43,777 nt of DNA, taken from NCBI RefSeq assembly GCF_006345805.1, contig NW_021834198.1, positions 1 through 43,777 on the forward strand, written 5' to 3'. Under the pieces are notes generated by a model. That model saw only the letters and a list, made by a program, of their open reading frames with translations, made no database searches and was not told where the DNA came from. The DNA is from Octopus sinensis (lineage: Eukaryota). The position numbers were made by a program, and so were the translations under genes. The number at the start of each line of letters is the position of its first letter. The first letter of the stretch is position 1. This document shows positions 25,593-37,753 of the stretch, piece after piece.

Positions 25593-26211
25593 TTTTATAA
25601 GTCTCTGTGTCTATGGCAATCCTACCATATTACGTTCACTCGTCCATTGATGCTTGATATAATAATAGTTAACATTACCAATACAACATATGTGTGTTGT
25701 ATAAATGCCATAAGCTGCGGTTTTTCGTCCGGAAAAAATCCCGGTCGAATGAGTTTGCATCTTTTGACATCATATCTCAATGGCGTTTTGGGAAAGACTT
25801 TTCACTTCTGGAGGCCAGAAACGGAGTTCAATTTCATTAACGTCTCATGTCTCGTATTGAAAGGAATTTGCTGGATCGCTTAAAATCTGATTATTTTAAG
25901 GTACAAAAAAAGCTGATATTTCAATTCATAGAATTAAAAGAAAAGCATAGTGTAAACTTCAGAGCTAGGCGAAACGAATTGCCAGCAAGGTAATAGTTGC
26001 CCACGGCCAAATATGAATTTTTCAGAATATTGGAAATGAACGACACCGCTTGTATGACAGTGACATTCATTTACAACTACCATTCGATGTCAAGACAAAG
26101 GGACACAAACACACATATACACACACACATATATGTATATATTCATTCAGGCACACACATACACTCACATAGACAACACACATACACACACGCACATACA
26201 CATACACACAC

Positions 26212-26335
26212 AACGAGCTTCTTTCAGTTTCCATTTCCCAAATCCACTAATAAGGTGTTGCTTGGCATAGGACTGGAATAGAACACACTTGTCCGAGGTG
26301 TCCTACAGTGGAACTGAACCTGAAGCCATTTGGTT
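26212..26335 (-). mobile_element. SINE family A fragment
   Basis: acgagcttctttcagtttcc..ccaaatccact..aaggtgtcctacagtggaactgaacc. Confidence 0.7.
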
Positions 26336-26633
26336 TAGTTTTTGCTTCACCGTGTTTTCAGGCATACACACAATCATAGTATTTAGTGTAAACATGTAAA
26401 TGTAATCACTGAAACATCGTCATAAGTTTTCCGACCCCAGAAGTGAAGACGTTTAAACAACGCGCACACGTTAAGAATATGGCATTCTTAATGTTTACAT
26501 TATAAAGCAGCTTCTCTTATATAATTTGGGTTTATAAATGCTGATACCGAAAGAATATCATCTTTTCATCAACTTCCCACAATTATATTCAGCATAGCTT
26601 ATACTATTTATTATCATTATTATATGAAAGAGA

Positions 26634-26945
26634 AAGGCAGCGAGTTGGCAGAAACGTTAGCACGCCGGACGAAATGCTGAGCGTTATTTCGTCTGAGTTC
26701 AAATTCCGCCGAGGTCGACTTTGCCTTTCATCCTTTCGGGGTCGATTAAATAAGTATCAGATACGCACTGGGGTCGATCTAATCGACTTAATCCGTTTGT
26801 CTGTCCTTGTTTGTACCCTCTGTGTTTAGCTCCTTGTGGGTAATAAAGAAATAGGTATTTCGTCTGCCGTTACGTTCTGAGTTCAAATTCCGCTGAGGTC
26901 GACTTTGCCTTGCATGCTTTTGAGGTCAATGAAATTAAATACTTA
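26634..26945 (+). mobile_element. SINE family B, tandem dimer
   Basis: Head aaggcagcgagttggcagaaacgttagcacgcc. A second unit restarts at tatttcgtctgccgttacgttctgagttcaaattcc. Confidence 0.92.
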
Positions 26946-27014
26946 GTGATCGCCTAACATCTTTTCCTATGAGATTGCGGACCTTGTGTAAAATTTTGAA
27001 ACGTTTATTACTGG

Positions 27015-27930
27015 AAGGTGAATGTCGGCGAGCTGGTGAAATCGTTTAAACGTCGAGAAAGTGCTTTGCAACATTCGTTCTTACTCGTTAGCATCTGAGT
27101 TCAAATCCCGCAGTAGTCAACTTTGCCGTTCATTCTTTCGATAAAATAAAGTACCAGTAGAATACTGGATCCGATTGTATCAACTACTGTGCCATTCCTC
27201 AGAATGACTAATTTCTTGTCTAAATTCGAAACCATTATTAGAGGAAACTGAAAGATCGTACTTTGGTAGAATTGATGGAACTTGGGGAAAATGCTTTGTG
27301 GCATTTGTTCGGGTCCTTCAGGTTCTGAGTTCAAATCCCGCCGTAATCAAGGCAGCCGTTCATCCTATCGGGGTCGATAAAATAAAGTATCAGTCAAGTA
27401 CTAAGGTACTCTTCTCAAAATTGTTTTAAATTTTGGCTCAAGGTCAGTAATTTTAAAAGGATAGGATTAATGGATGCCATTGACCTCAATACTTTATGAT
27501 TTTTTTTTTAACCCCGTAAGAAAGAAAGGTGAAGTCGACCTCGATGGAATTCGAATTCAGAACGTTCTGCGAGAGGAAATACCGCTAAGCATTTTGCCCT
27601 GTATGCTAGCTGGCTTTCTGCAAATTTGTTGGCCGTGTGCCTAAATGAGAAGCAACGATTAGAAGCAGTGAACGCATTGTTCTCATAGCAATCAGAGTGG
27701 CGAACAGACAGAGTCCCTAGAACGTTGAATAGAATGTTGCGATAATTGTTCCGATCATCTGCACTCTAAGTTCAAATCGCGCCGGGGTCATCTTCGCTTT
27801 TCATCCTTTCTGGGTCAATTACAAATGTACCAATCTAAGACGGTAACCTGGCGGAAATGTAAGACAGTCGGACTAAATGCGGTATCTGTTCCGGCTCTTT
27901 TAGTTCCAAGTTCTAATCCTGCCATTGCCC
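27015..27930. mobile_element. Cluster of 4-5 older SINE-B-like copies in both orientations
   Basis: Repeated tctgagttcaaatcccgc..tttgcc.ttcat.ctttc..gtcgataaaataaagta at about 27095 and 27325, reverse at about 27490-27600, further B-box remnants at about 27765 and 27905. Confidence 0.75.
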
Positions 27931-28915
27931 ACTTAGGTGGTAAATTTAATCTGTTGCCCGGTTTAACAGTACCACCTGAGACTTAAGATGCTTGTTGCAA
28001 GCTCTCGGATTAGATCTCTGGCTTAAGGATGCCTTCTTCCTTTCCTTCCACCAATCTCGGAGATTCTTTAGAATCATAGGTGCCGCTTCCCTCCTGACTA
28101 AAAGATGAAATAAAGTGGTTGGTATCTCTAAAGAGAATAAAATTATTAAGCTTTAGAAAATATGTAGTAATACCAGAAAAAAAACACGGTTGATACAAGA
28201 ATTTAGACAGCAGAATAGAAGAGGTAGTTAGAAATGGCATCACGACAAACGGCGAAAATGCTGCTCAGAGAATTCTTCTGCGCAAAACAAGAAAGTTACA
28301 TTGTCAGATCTAAAACACCTATTCTGAGACACGAAGAAAAGAAAGTCATTCGATTGGTGAAAACTGTGTCGAAGCTCGTTATGTATATGTAAACCTATGT
28401 AGCAGGCCTCTTTGATCCACAGATTACCGATGTTCTGTTCTGTTGGCAAACCCTAATCTTGAAATCTCTTTTGTGGAATTTCTCCACGAGTTTGTCTGCA
28501 CGAATTCTTTGATGCGGGATTTGCAGCTCCTGATGTAAGAACCGCAACGTTTATTGCAGACTTACAGGTACACTATGAACAAAGACTTACATTGTTGATG
28601 GGGCAGTTGGCCAGTATGCACCTATCGTTATTGTCTGTTGGGTGATTTCCCCAAGCAGGGAACAGAGTGCAACCTCTGTATGTTCGCCACCACTCTAAAG
28701 ATAATAGGAGTGTTTTTATCGGCAAAATTTCGCAATCTCTAGGAGCAAATTCCATCTTTGGAAGTGTGAACCTTCTGTTTATATAGATATCGGCAAACTG
28801 GCGTAAGCTGTATAGAAGTTGGAATTGTTTCGTGGTGACGGCTTTGGGGGTGTTGATGATTCGTGTCGTCGAAAGCCTACTTAGTAGATGAAACTGTTTT
28901 GGTATGTATGTATAG

Positions 28916-28976
<61 letters not shown>

Positions 28977-29040
28977 ATATATATATATAATATATATATA
29001 TTATATATATACGAGAAAGAAGCAACAAGATTGGATTAGT

Positions 29041-29131
29041 TTTTAGTACAATTGTTTCATACAAAGACAGCTTTATTACAAGTTGCAAAAATTGCAGCAT
29101 ATAAAAGTGGTCCCGTACTCATCAGCTAAAA
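29041..29131 (-). ncRNA. Type I hammerhead ribozyme motif
   Basis: Stem I TTTTAG/CTAAAA; CTGATGA 29125-29119; stem II GTAC/GTAT (closing G-U); GAAAC; palindromic stem III ACAATTGT; GTA triplet, predicted cut between 29047 and 29046. Confidence 0.8.
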
Positions 29132-29447
29132 TACACATGAGTTCTCCAGACATCTTAGGGGGTGAGGTTATACTCATGAAATATTGGAGATAATCCATGA
29201 AAGGCAGATATAGGTTGTAAACAGTTTTCCAAACAGTTTTTACTGAATCTTAATTGCTTTGATTGTATATATATATATATATATATATAATAATTATATA
29301 ATATATATATATATATGCGTAGGTATGTATATATATATATATATATATATGTATATGTATATGTATATGTATTATATATATATATATATGTTATTTTATA
29401 TAATGTATATGTATATATATATATAATATAATATATATATATAATAT

Positions 29448-29486
<39 letters not shown>

Positions 29487-29493
29487 GCGTATG

Positions 29494-29524
<31 letters not shown>

Positions 29525-29578
29525 GTTATGTATATGTATATGTATAATATAATATATATATAATATAATATATATATA

Positions 29579-29609
<31 letters not shown>

Positions 29610-29617
29610 CATATACA

Positions 29618-29737
29618 TTGGCCTGCTCGCTTAGCCAGCGGGAAGGGGTCATTCGAAGGCTAAAACAATGCGAACGCATTGTGACCAGCGATGTGTAAAA
29701 CATCTGATGGTCTGGTCGGTCACGTGATCACGTGATA
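29618..29737 (+). mobile_element. About 120-bp dispersed mini-element, second copy at 38801-38917(-)
   Basis: ttggcctgctcgcttagccagcggg..tcattcgaaggctaaaacaatgc..catctgatggtctggtc..tcacgtgat in both copies. Confidence 0.8.
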
Positions 29738-29989
29738 TACATATACATATACATATACATATATATATACATATATATATATACATATATATATTCATAT
29801 ACACACACGCACACACACACACACACACATACACACCACACACACACACATACACACACACACATATATATATATATGTACATATAACGTACTTACTATA
29901 TGGGAATAGGTACTGGATCGGTGCATTTCCTTTTAACGGAGGATTTGTGCATGCGGTAACTATCTGGGGAAAAATATAGTTGGATACTT

Positions 29990-30370
29990 TTTAAACGCAT
30001 CTCGTAATTCAAGCTTCCCTGGTCAAGAACAGCAAATCGCTTACTCGACAGGTTCCCTACTTCCCTGACTTGGTGCCGTGTGACTTCTGGCTCCTCCCCA
30101 AAGTGAAAACCACGCTAAAAGGGTGGAGGTTTGAATCACAAGATATAGTACAATAGAAGCGGCGGCGGCAGCGGCGATGGAGCGCCATACCATTCCAGAG
30201 AATGCATTCCAGAGCTTTTAGGAGTAGTGGTAGAACCGTTGGGAGAAGCGTAAGAACTCCCAAGAGGAGTATTTCGGAGCAAATTAAGTGAAATTTATGA
30301 AATGTAGAAAATAGTTGGGGGTTTTGTTTATACCCATTGCCAAGGTCGGATACTTTTTGAACACACCTCG
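29990..30370 (+). mobile_element. Mariner transposon 3' relic with right TIR
   Basis: VPYFPDLVPCDFWLLPKVKTTLKGWRFES (YSPDLAPxD-type motif); ends ggatactttttgaacacacctcg|TA. Confidence 0.88.
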
Positions 30371-31065
30371 TATGTGTGTGTAGATATATATATATATATG
30401 TATATTGGTACTATATGTATATATATTTGTATGCATGTAAGTGGATATGAATGTAAACAGATAAACATACAGATAGATAGGTACATAAGTAATATGAACA
30501 GACGAGCACACTTATACATACATATGCAAATAAAGACTGAAACACGTGACCATGAAAACACATACACTTCACTTCACACAAGGCCACATCTGGAGACATG
30601 CATCCATACAAAACAGATGTAGTACATAGTCACAATAACCCATACACAGACACACTCAGACATGCACACACAAGGAGACAAAGGTACACACACACACACA
30701 CACACACACAACACATGCAAACACACAAACACGAACACACAAATATATGAATATGCAGAATACATACATACATACATATATAAATACACACACACACACA
30801 CATACATGCTTACACATACATACATACATACATACATATGTGTATGCGCACGCACACTGACCCCCACACATGCGCACAAACAAACAGAAGGAACGCAGCT
30901 TGGATAACTGACAAAGTCAAAGACTATTGAAAAGGTAGCAAGTCACACCAATGTCAAGCGATATTAGGTGGGGGGACAAAACACAGACGCACAAACATGC
31001 ATACACACGCACTCACACACACATACATAATACACACACATACACACACACACATATATATATAT

Positions 31066-31097
<32 letters not shown>

Positions 31098-31098
<1 letters not shown>

Positions 31099-31683
31099 AG
31101 AAATATTGAATTTCTAAATCTCTCGTAGAGACATGTACGGTGGTGGGGCGATAGAATGGTTGTATACTGTCAATCTAACAAGAACGTGACAGTAGGGGGT
31201 ACACCACCGCTGTATAGCCCTAGGAAGCATCGAACGCCTCCTGATGGCTTTGACACATTTCCCCTGTGTCCTTATATACATATACGAAGGGGAGACAAAC
31301 ACCCCCGGCTGCCGAAGCTGCATCTAGGGACACGTGTTTCAGGATCGAGAGATTTAGAAATTCAATATTTCTTATTTTGATAATCAGTGAATAGACTTCA
31401 CTGAGTTATAGATATATACAATTACGAAGTCGAGACAAATATCACCAGCTGACCGGTGTCTGCTACTCTAGGCCGATGAAGGACAACGATCCTGAAACAC
31501 GTGTCCCTAGATGCAGCTTCGGCAGCCGGGGGTGTTGTCTCCCCTTCGTATATGTATATAAGGACACAGGGGAAAATGTGTCAAATCCATCAGGAGGCGT
31601 TCGATGCTTCCTAGGGCTATACAGCGGTGGTGTACCCCCTACTGTCACGTTCTTGTTAGATTGACAGTATACAACCATTCTAT
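31098..31683. mobile_element. Hammerhead-bearing element with inverted, circularly permuted arms (PLE pLTR or retrozyme-like)
   Basis: 31151-31347 is the reverse complement of 31487-31683 (197 bp, 1 substitution and 2 indels). 31098-31125 is the reverse complement of 31346-31373. (TA)n lies on both sides. Confidence 0.85.
31468..31510 (+). ncRNA. Minimal type I hammerhead ribozyme motif
   Basis: Stem I CTAGG/CCTAG; core CCGATGA (U4C); stem II AGGA/TCCT; GAAAC; palindromic stem III ACACGTGT; GTC triplet, predicted cut after 31505. Confidence 0.85.
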
Positions 31684-31698
31684 ATATATATATATATA

Positions 31699-31732
<34 letters not shown>

Positions 31733-31734
31733 AG

Positions 31735-31935
31735 TTAATCCAAACAAGAAAACACAAAAAAAGCACAACAACGCGAGGACGTGGAACAAATAAAGTATTA
31801 TTGGACGCTCAAGAAACAAGAAAAGAAGGAGGGTTTAACGTTTCGAGCGGAGCTCTTCGTCGGAAACATAGGAGAAGGAAAGATCCAGAGAAGGGAAGAC
31901 AGAGAAAAGAAATCGCCAACGGTACACACGAGGTC
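31735..31935 (-). mobile_element. PLE-terminus-like repeat with minimal hammerhead
   Basis: Abuts (TA)n and contains the HHR motif at 31833-31867. Confidence 0.6.
31833..31867 (-). ncRNA. Minimal type I hammerhead ribozyme motif
   Basis: GTTT-CCGACGA-A-GAGC-tcc-GCTC-GAAAC-GTT-AAAC: stem I GTTT/AAAC, extra A after A9, palindrome AACGTT, GUU triplet. Confidence 0.7.
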
Positions 31936-31937
31936 AT

Positions 31938-32073
31938 ATATGACGGGCTTCTTTCAGTTTTCGTCTACCACATCCACTCACAAGGCTTTGGTCGGCCTGA
32001 GGCTATAGCAGAAGACATTTGCCCAACGTACCATGCAGTGGGACTGAACCCGGAACCATGTGGTTGGTAAGCA
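31938..32073 (-). mobile_element. SINE family A, 5' module lacking the extreme head
   Basis: gacgggcttctttcagttt..ccactcacaaggctttggtcggcc..gggactgaacccggaaccatgtggttggtaagc. Confidence 0.88.
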
Positions 32074-32570
32074 ATATGTTTGTGTATATGTGTACATACA
32101 TAAGTTCCGTGTATATATACATATACACTCACATGTAAACGCATATACTTATATAATATAATATATATATATAATATATAATATAATATATATATATATA
32201 TTCATATATACATACATACAACAACATACATGTATGTATGTATTTGTGTGTGTGTGTGTAGGCATGCATGTACGTGTATGGGTATTATGTGTGTGTATGT
32301 GTGTGTGTGTGTGTGTGTGTAGGCATGCATGTACGTGTATGGGTATGTATGTGTGTATGGGTATGTGTGTGTGTGTGTGTATTTACGTCGTAAAGTTTAC
32401 TGAAAGCTAAAACCTCACATGTTGCAAGTCTGAGTTCTCTGTTTCCCGATTCTCAATCTGTTCCTCAAGCTGGGTACATGTGTACTTAATAATACACACA
32501 CACGGCATACACTTAGACATCCAATACATACGCACGTCTGTGCGAATTTGAGTGAGTGAGTGAGCCTTGT

Positions 32571-32608
<38 letters not shown>

Positions 32609-33225
32609 TGGTGTGTGTGTGTGTGTGTGTTGTGTGTGTGTGCATGCGTACTGCTTGATTTACAGTGTTGTCAAAATGATTGGGCCGCAACGTTGCTGTG
32701 TGGACTTGTGATAAGTATACAGACGAGCGCCTGTATGAATGAAAGGGGGTGAAATAGTCTAAGTGAGAAAAAGAGAGACAGACAGAGGTCAGAAGAATGA
32801 GTGTGAGTGAGTGAGTGAGTGAGTGAGTGAATGTGTGAGTGAATGTGTGAGTGAGTGAGATGGGGAAGAAGAGAGAATGAGACGGAGTGAGAGTTAAAAT
32901 AAGGGCGTAAAAAACGCATTCATGGGAACCAGAGAACGACCTACATTTCAAGGGAAGTACTAAGGATTAAAATTAATGATAAGGAATGTATGTTGGGGAT
33001 AGAGAAGGGGAAGGTCAGAGGGACAGAAGGGACAGAGAAAATGAGACAGACACAGAAAGTGGGGAGAGAGAGAGAGAAAAAAAGGCGCGAAATGATGAAT
33101 AGAGAAGTTTCACTGAAGCAGCCGACATCTGTCGAGTTCAACAGAATCGTGTGTGGCAATATGCGATCATTGTTGATGTGATATATGTCACAGATGAGGG
33201 GAGACCATGTAGTGCTTACGTTTGC

Positions 33226-33266
<41 letters not shown>

Positions 33267-33510
33267 TGTGCTTCTATATCTACGCAGATATGTATGTGCT
33301 TTTCTGTCTTTGTATGTATGCGTGTGTATATGTGTGTTGCTTCTGTCTTTATATATATATATGTGTGTGTGTGTGTTTGTGTGTAAGTGTTATGTTACTT
33401 CTATGTCGTTGTATACATATATATATACATATATATATACATATATATATACATATATATATGTATATATATGTATATGTATGTATATATATGTAATATT
33501 ATGTAAATAA

Positions 33511-33549
<39 letters not shown>

Positions 33550-33641
33550 TATATACATATATATACATATATATATAATATATAAATACAAATATGTACA
33601 TATATATACATATATATAAATATATATATATATACATACAT

Positions 33642-34446
33642 ACTCCCTTCCTTCAGGTGAAACTCTCGCGGCGTCCAACAACATCAGAGACTTGGGAGTA
33701 TTGTGGACAACAACGTAAGCTGGGCCACTCATATAAACACCAAAGTTGACATGGCCCGCAGAATGTGTTCCTGGATTCTCAGAACTTTCCAGTCGAGAGA
33801 TATCCACACCATTATCCTTCTCTTCTCCACTTTTGCCCGACCCCACCTGAATACTGTTGTCCACTGTGGTCTCCCCACACAATACAAGGTATCATAAAAG
33901 TTGAAGCACCTCAAAGGGCAATCACAAAAAGATAGATGGCATGACAGGCCTCGACTATTGGGGTCGACTAGAAAAGCTAAACTCTATTCTCTCCAACGTC
34001 GTCGTGAGCGCTACATCATCTGCATGATGTGGAAAATATTCCATCAGCATGCCCAAATGAGTTGGCATCACCTTTAGGTACATCCAAGGCTTGGGCCCCG
34101 CGCCATCCGCCCAAAACAAAAACGCACTCTCATCTCATAACAACAATACGGCACAATTTTTCACCTCAATTGGCCCCGCTCTCTTTAACATTACACCAAA
34201 ACACATTAAAACAGAAACTGACCCTATAGGTTCAAGAAGTCTTTGGACAGATTCCTTCAAGAAATCCCGGATAAACCCCTACACCCGGATATGTCTCTTT
34301 AAACATAACTCTCTACTTGAGTGGGCCATAGTGCCCAATTCTGACTTGAAAGACTTCACCAGGTGGTGCTATTAAGTTAGACATGGCCTGGGCCAATAAT
34401 GGCCGAAACTTATCAAAGTATCAAAGTATCAAAGTATCAAAGTATC
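33642..34446 (+). mobile_element. CR1-group LINE, 5'-truncated 3' end with (TATCAAAG)4 tail
   Basis: IRDLGV..DNNVSWATHINTK..RPHL(E)YCCPLWSP..LDYWGRLEKL..YSLQRRRERYII..FFTSIGPALFN with frameshifts; 3' hairpin GGCCA-ataa-TGGCC; octamer repeats 34411-34446. Confidence 0.9.
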
Positions 34447-35050
34447 ATACATACATATATATATATATATATATACATTTATTTACATATATATATATAC
34501 ATATATATACATATACATATATATACATTTATATATATATACATATATGCATATATATGTATGTTTTATGTATGTAAGTGTGTGCGTGCTTGTACGGTAT
34601 ATATATATATGTGTGTGTGTGCCTGTATGTGCATGATTGTGGCGGTGTACACATGTGCGCATGGTAATATATGTGTATGTACATCATGTCGAAAGTGATA
34701 TTTTCAATGTTATTCCATGTCTGCATGGTACTGTAAGCGTGTATATCAGCGCGCTATTGTTTGTTTATATGTCTGCGTACGTGCGTGGCTGTGTATGTGT
34801 TTGTGTGTCCGTGTCTGTGTGTCTGTGTGTGTCTGTGTGTGTCTGTGTGTTTACTCGTATGCCTATATATGTATGTGGTTGTATGTAAAAGAAATTTACT
34901 TCCCAAACAATAAGGTCTCGGGTTTGGTACATACATACATTCATATATAATACATACATACATTGCATACATACATATATACATACATATATACATACAT
35001 ACATTCATATATACATACACATATACATATATACATACATATATACATAC

Positions 35051-35096
<46 letters not shown>

Positions 35097-35098
<2 letters not shown>

Positions 35099-35260
35099 AA
35101 TTGGGACAAGAACGCAAACATCCAGAAGACGATACAAAACATACGGACGGGTCATTTGAAGCCTTTAATCTTCAGTCAAGAGCCGGATCATCCTCGCAAT
35201 TTCGGCTGATTAATCTTGAGATTGCTCCAGTCTTGCCAGCCCCAAGGAAAAACTAAGCTA
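35097..35260. mobile_element. Dispersed repeat, same family as 10695-10835
   Basis: Shared blocks as listed for 10695-10835; abuts (TA)n. Confidence 0.65.
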
Positions 35261-35629
35261 AAGGTCCTGCTAGGGTGTAAATTTAGGGTGTTTCCAGAGA
35301 AGCACTCAACCTGAATACAAGGCTATCCACACTCCTGGGGTTCCAGGTCAAAGCCGGAATTCCTCGGATGTAGAAAATCTAAGCTTCACGATGATCACTC
35401 AGTAAAGTGGATTTGGCGAAGAGCAAATAATTCAGATGATAAGAAGACAAAGAAAATTCTTCAACACGTCTTTAATGATTCCTTACAATTGTCTCTGTAC
35501 CAACTCTCCTCGCAACTTGGAATTTTTGCGTAAATGGCCGTTGCAAGCAGAGTTGCTACATAAACAATTGTAACGTATCATTAAAGATGTGTTAAAGAAT
35601 TTTCTTCAAATTATTATTATTTTGTATAT

Positions 35630-36000
35630 ATTAACTGAGAAAGAAAGCAAACTGTGCTGGATCATAGATATAGCATACCCAGCTGACAAGGTATGCAATA
35701 AGAAAGAAAGAAAAGTCGATAGATATGACAGGTTAGCTTGGGAGGTTAAACAGTTGAGGTCGACGAAAAAGGTGGTAGTAGTACCAATAATTGTCAGATC
35801 CCTGGGAACAGTGAGCAAAATATTTTGAGAAGTACATGAAACAAACAGGGGATGCAATAAGGGTGAAGCACTTGCAGAAAACAGCACTGCTTGGAACCGC
35901 TTGAATATTCCGGATGATGCTCGAAAAATAAGGGGTGTCACCTTAGTTCACTGGTAGTGAACAGCTGACACCGAAGTACGTCTCCAGCGTTAGGAGCTAA
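35630..36000 (+). mobile_element. R4/Dong-type LINE 3' end (restriction-like endonuclease domain and 3' UTR)
   Basis: KESKLCWIIDIAYPAD..KVDRYDRLAWEVKQL..KKVVVVPIIV.SLGTVSK..HLQKTALLGTA.IFRMMLEK*. Confidence 0.85.
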
Positions 36001-36214
36001 TCAAATGAGGATAGAAATTGACAATCTTTAATGGTAAATCACAGCATATGTTCCCGCACACCGAACCAGAGTTAAGTTGCAATTTCCCTATTTAGATAAC
36101 ATTATTTCAGATTAGGAGCCTTTTAAAACGGTTTACGTGGCTTTTTGCGCAAAATAAATCATTTGGTTGGTAAGCAAGCTACTATCCACACAGCAAGCAA
36201 CTCCTGTATTATAT

Positions 36215-36275
<61 letters not shown>

Positions 36276-36379
36276 GATATATATATGGATACTTATATAT
36301 ATATATATATATTATAATATATATATATATATATTATATAATATATGTTATATATTATACTTATAATTTATATATACAT

Positions 36380-36431
<52 letters not shown>

Positions 36432-36542
36432 TATAAAATATTATTAGAGACAAAACCACTATTTTGCAAAACAAACAAGGAAATACTTAATCAAACATAA
36501 AATTTTGCAAAATAGTGGTTTTGTCTCTAATAATATTTTATA
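36432..36542. repeat. Perfect 40-bp inverted repeat (36432-36471 / 36503-36542), 31-nt spacer, inside a short element flanked by (TA)n
   Basis: tataaaatattattagagacaaaaccactattttgcaaaa and its exact reverse complement. Confidence 0.92.
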
Positions 36543-36616
36543 ATATTTTACTATAAAATTGGATTTAATCCTAAATCTGATTTTTTCCCTGTAAATTTGG
36601 ATTTATCCCTAATATT

Positions 36617-36691
<75 letters not shown>

Positions 36692-36693
<2 letters not shown>

Positions 36694-37142
36694 CACAGGA
36701 GTGGCTGCGTGGAAGTAGCTTGCTTACGAACCACATGGTTTTGGATTCAGCCCACAGCATGGCACCTTGGGCAAGTGGTCTACTATAGCTTCGAGCCGAC
36801 CAAAGTCTTGTAGATGGAAACTGAAAGAAGCCCGATCATATATATATATATATAGTATATATATATATATATATAGTTATGTATGTATGTATGTATGTAT
36901 GTATGTATGTATGTATATGTGTGTGTTTGTATGTTTGTATGTATGTGATGCCCCCCCCCCACCAACATCGCTTTACAACCGATGTTGGTGTGTTCACATC
37001 CCCTTAAGTTAGCGGTTCGGCAAAATACTCAAATAGAATAAGTATTAGGCTTACAAAGAGTAAGTCCTGTGGTCGATTTGTTCGACTAAAGGCGGTGCTC
37101 CAGTATGGCCGCAATCAAATGACTGAAACAAATAAAAAAAAA
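36692..37142 (+). mobile_element. SINE family A, full composite copy with expanded internal microsatellite
   Basis: ggcacaggagtggctgcgtgg head; 3' gcggtgctccagtatggccgcaatcaaatgactgaaacaaataaaa. Confidence 0.9.
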
Positions 37143-37229
37143 TGAACACATATATGTTTTTGTGTGTGAGTGTATGTGGGTATGTGTGTGTATATATATA
37201 TATCCTTTTCTTTCTCTCTCTGCCGTTAT

Positions 37230-37722
37230 ACACACACATACATACATACATACATACATACATACATACATACACACACACATACACACACACACATACA
37301 TACATACATACATACGTACATACATCACACACACACACACCATACACACATGATACATACTACATACATACATACATAATACACCATACATTCATACATA
37401 CATACATCCATACATACGTACATACATACACACATACATACATGCACCGTAACATACATGCATCATACATCACTGCATACATACATACATACGCATACAT
37501 ACATACATACATACATACATACACACATGCAGCATACATACATATATACTACATACATACATGCATACATACATACATGCATACATACATACCTCATACA
37601 TACATACATACATACAATACATACATACATACATACATACACCCATACATAGTATACATACCTTACATCAAAAATACATACATACATTCATACATACAAT
37701 ACTACATACATACATACATACG

Positions 37723-37745
<23 letters not shown>
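37230..37745. repeat. (CATA)n / (CA)n compound microsatellite
   Basis: Source of the 225-aa HTYI ORF. Confidence 0.95.

Positions 37746-37753
<8 letters not shown>

Noticed and set aside
27960-28140. Possible minus-strand exon (ttttag acceptor; ..MILKNLRDWWKERKK..)
   Set aside because: No recognisable domain or partner exons. The peptide loosely resembles decayed RLE-LINE C-termini, which are common here.
28240-28900. Non-repetitive-looking ORF segments (28573-29100, 28240-28449)
   Set aside because: No recognisable motifs, and the ORF length is inflated by microsatellite. Possibly a decayed TE, but unassignable.
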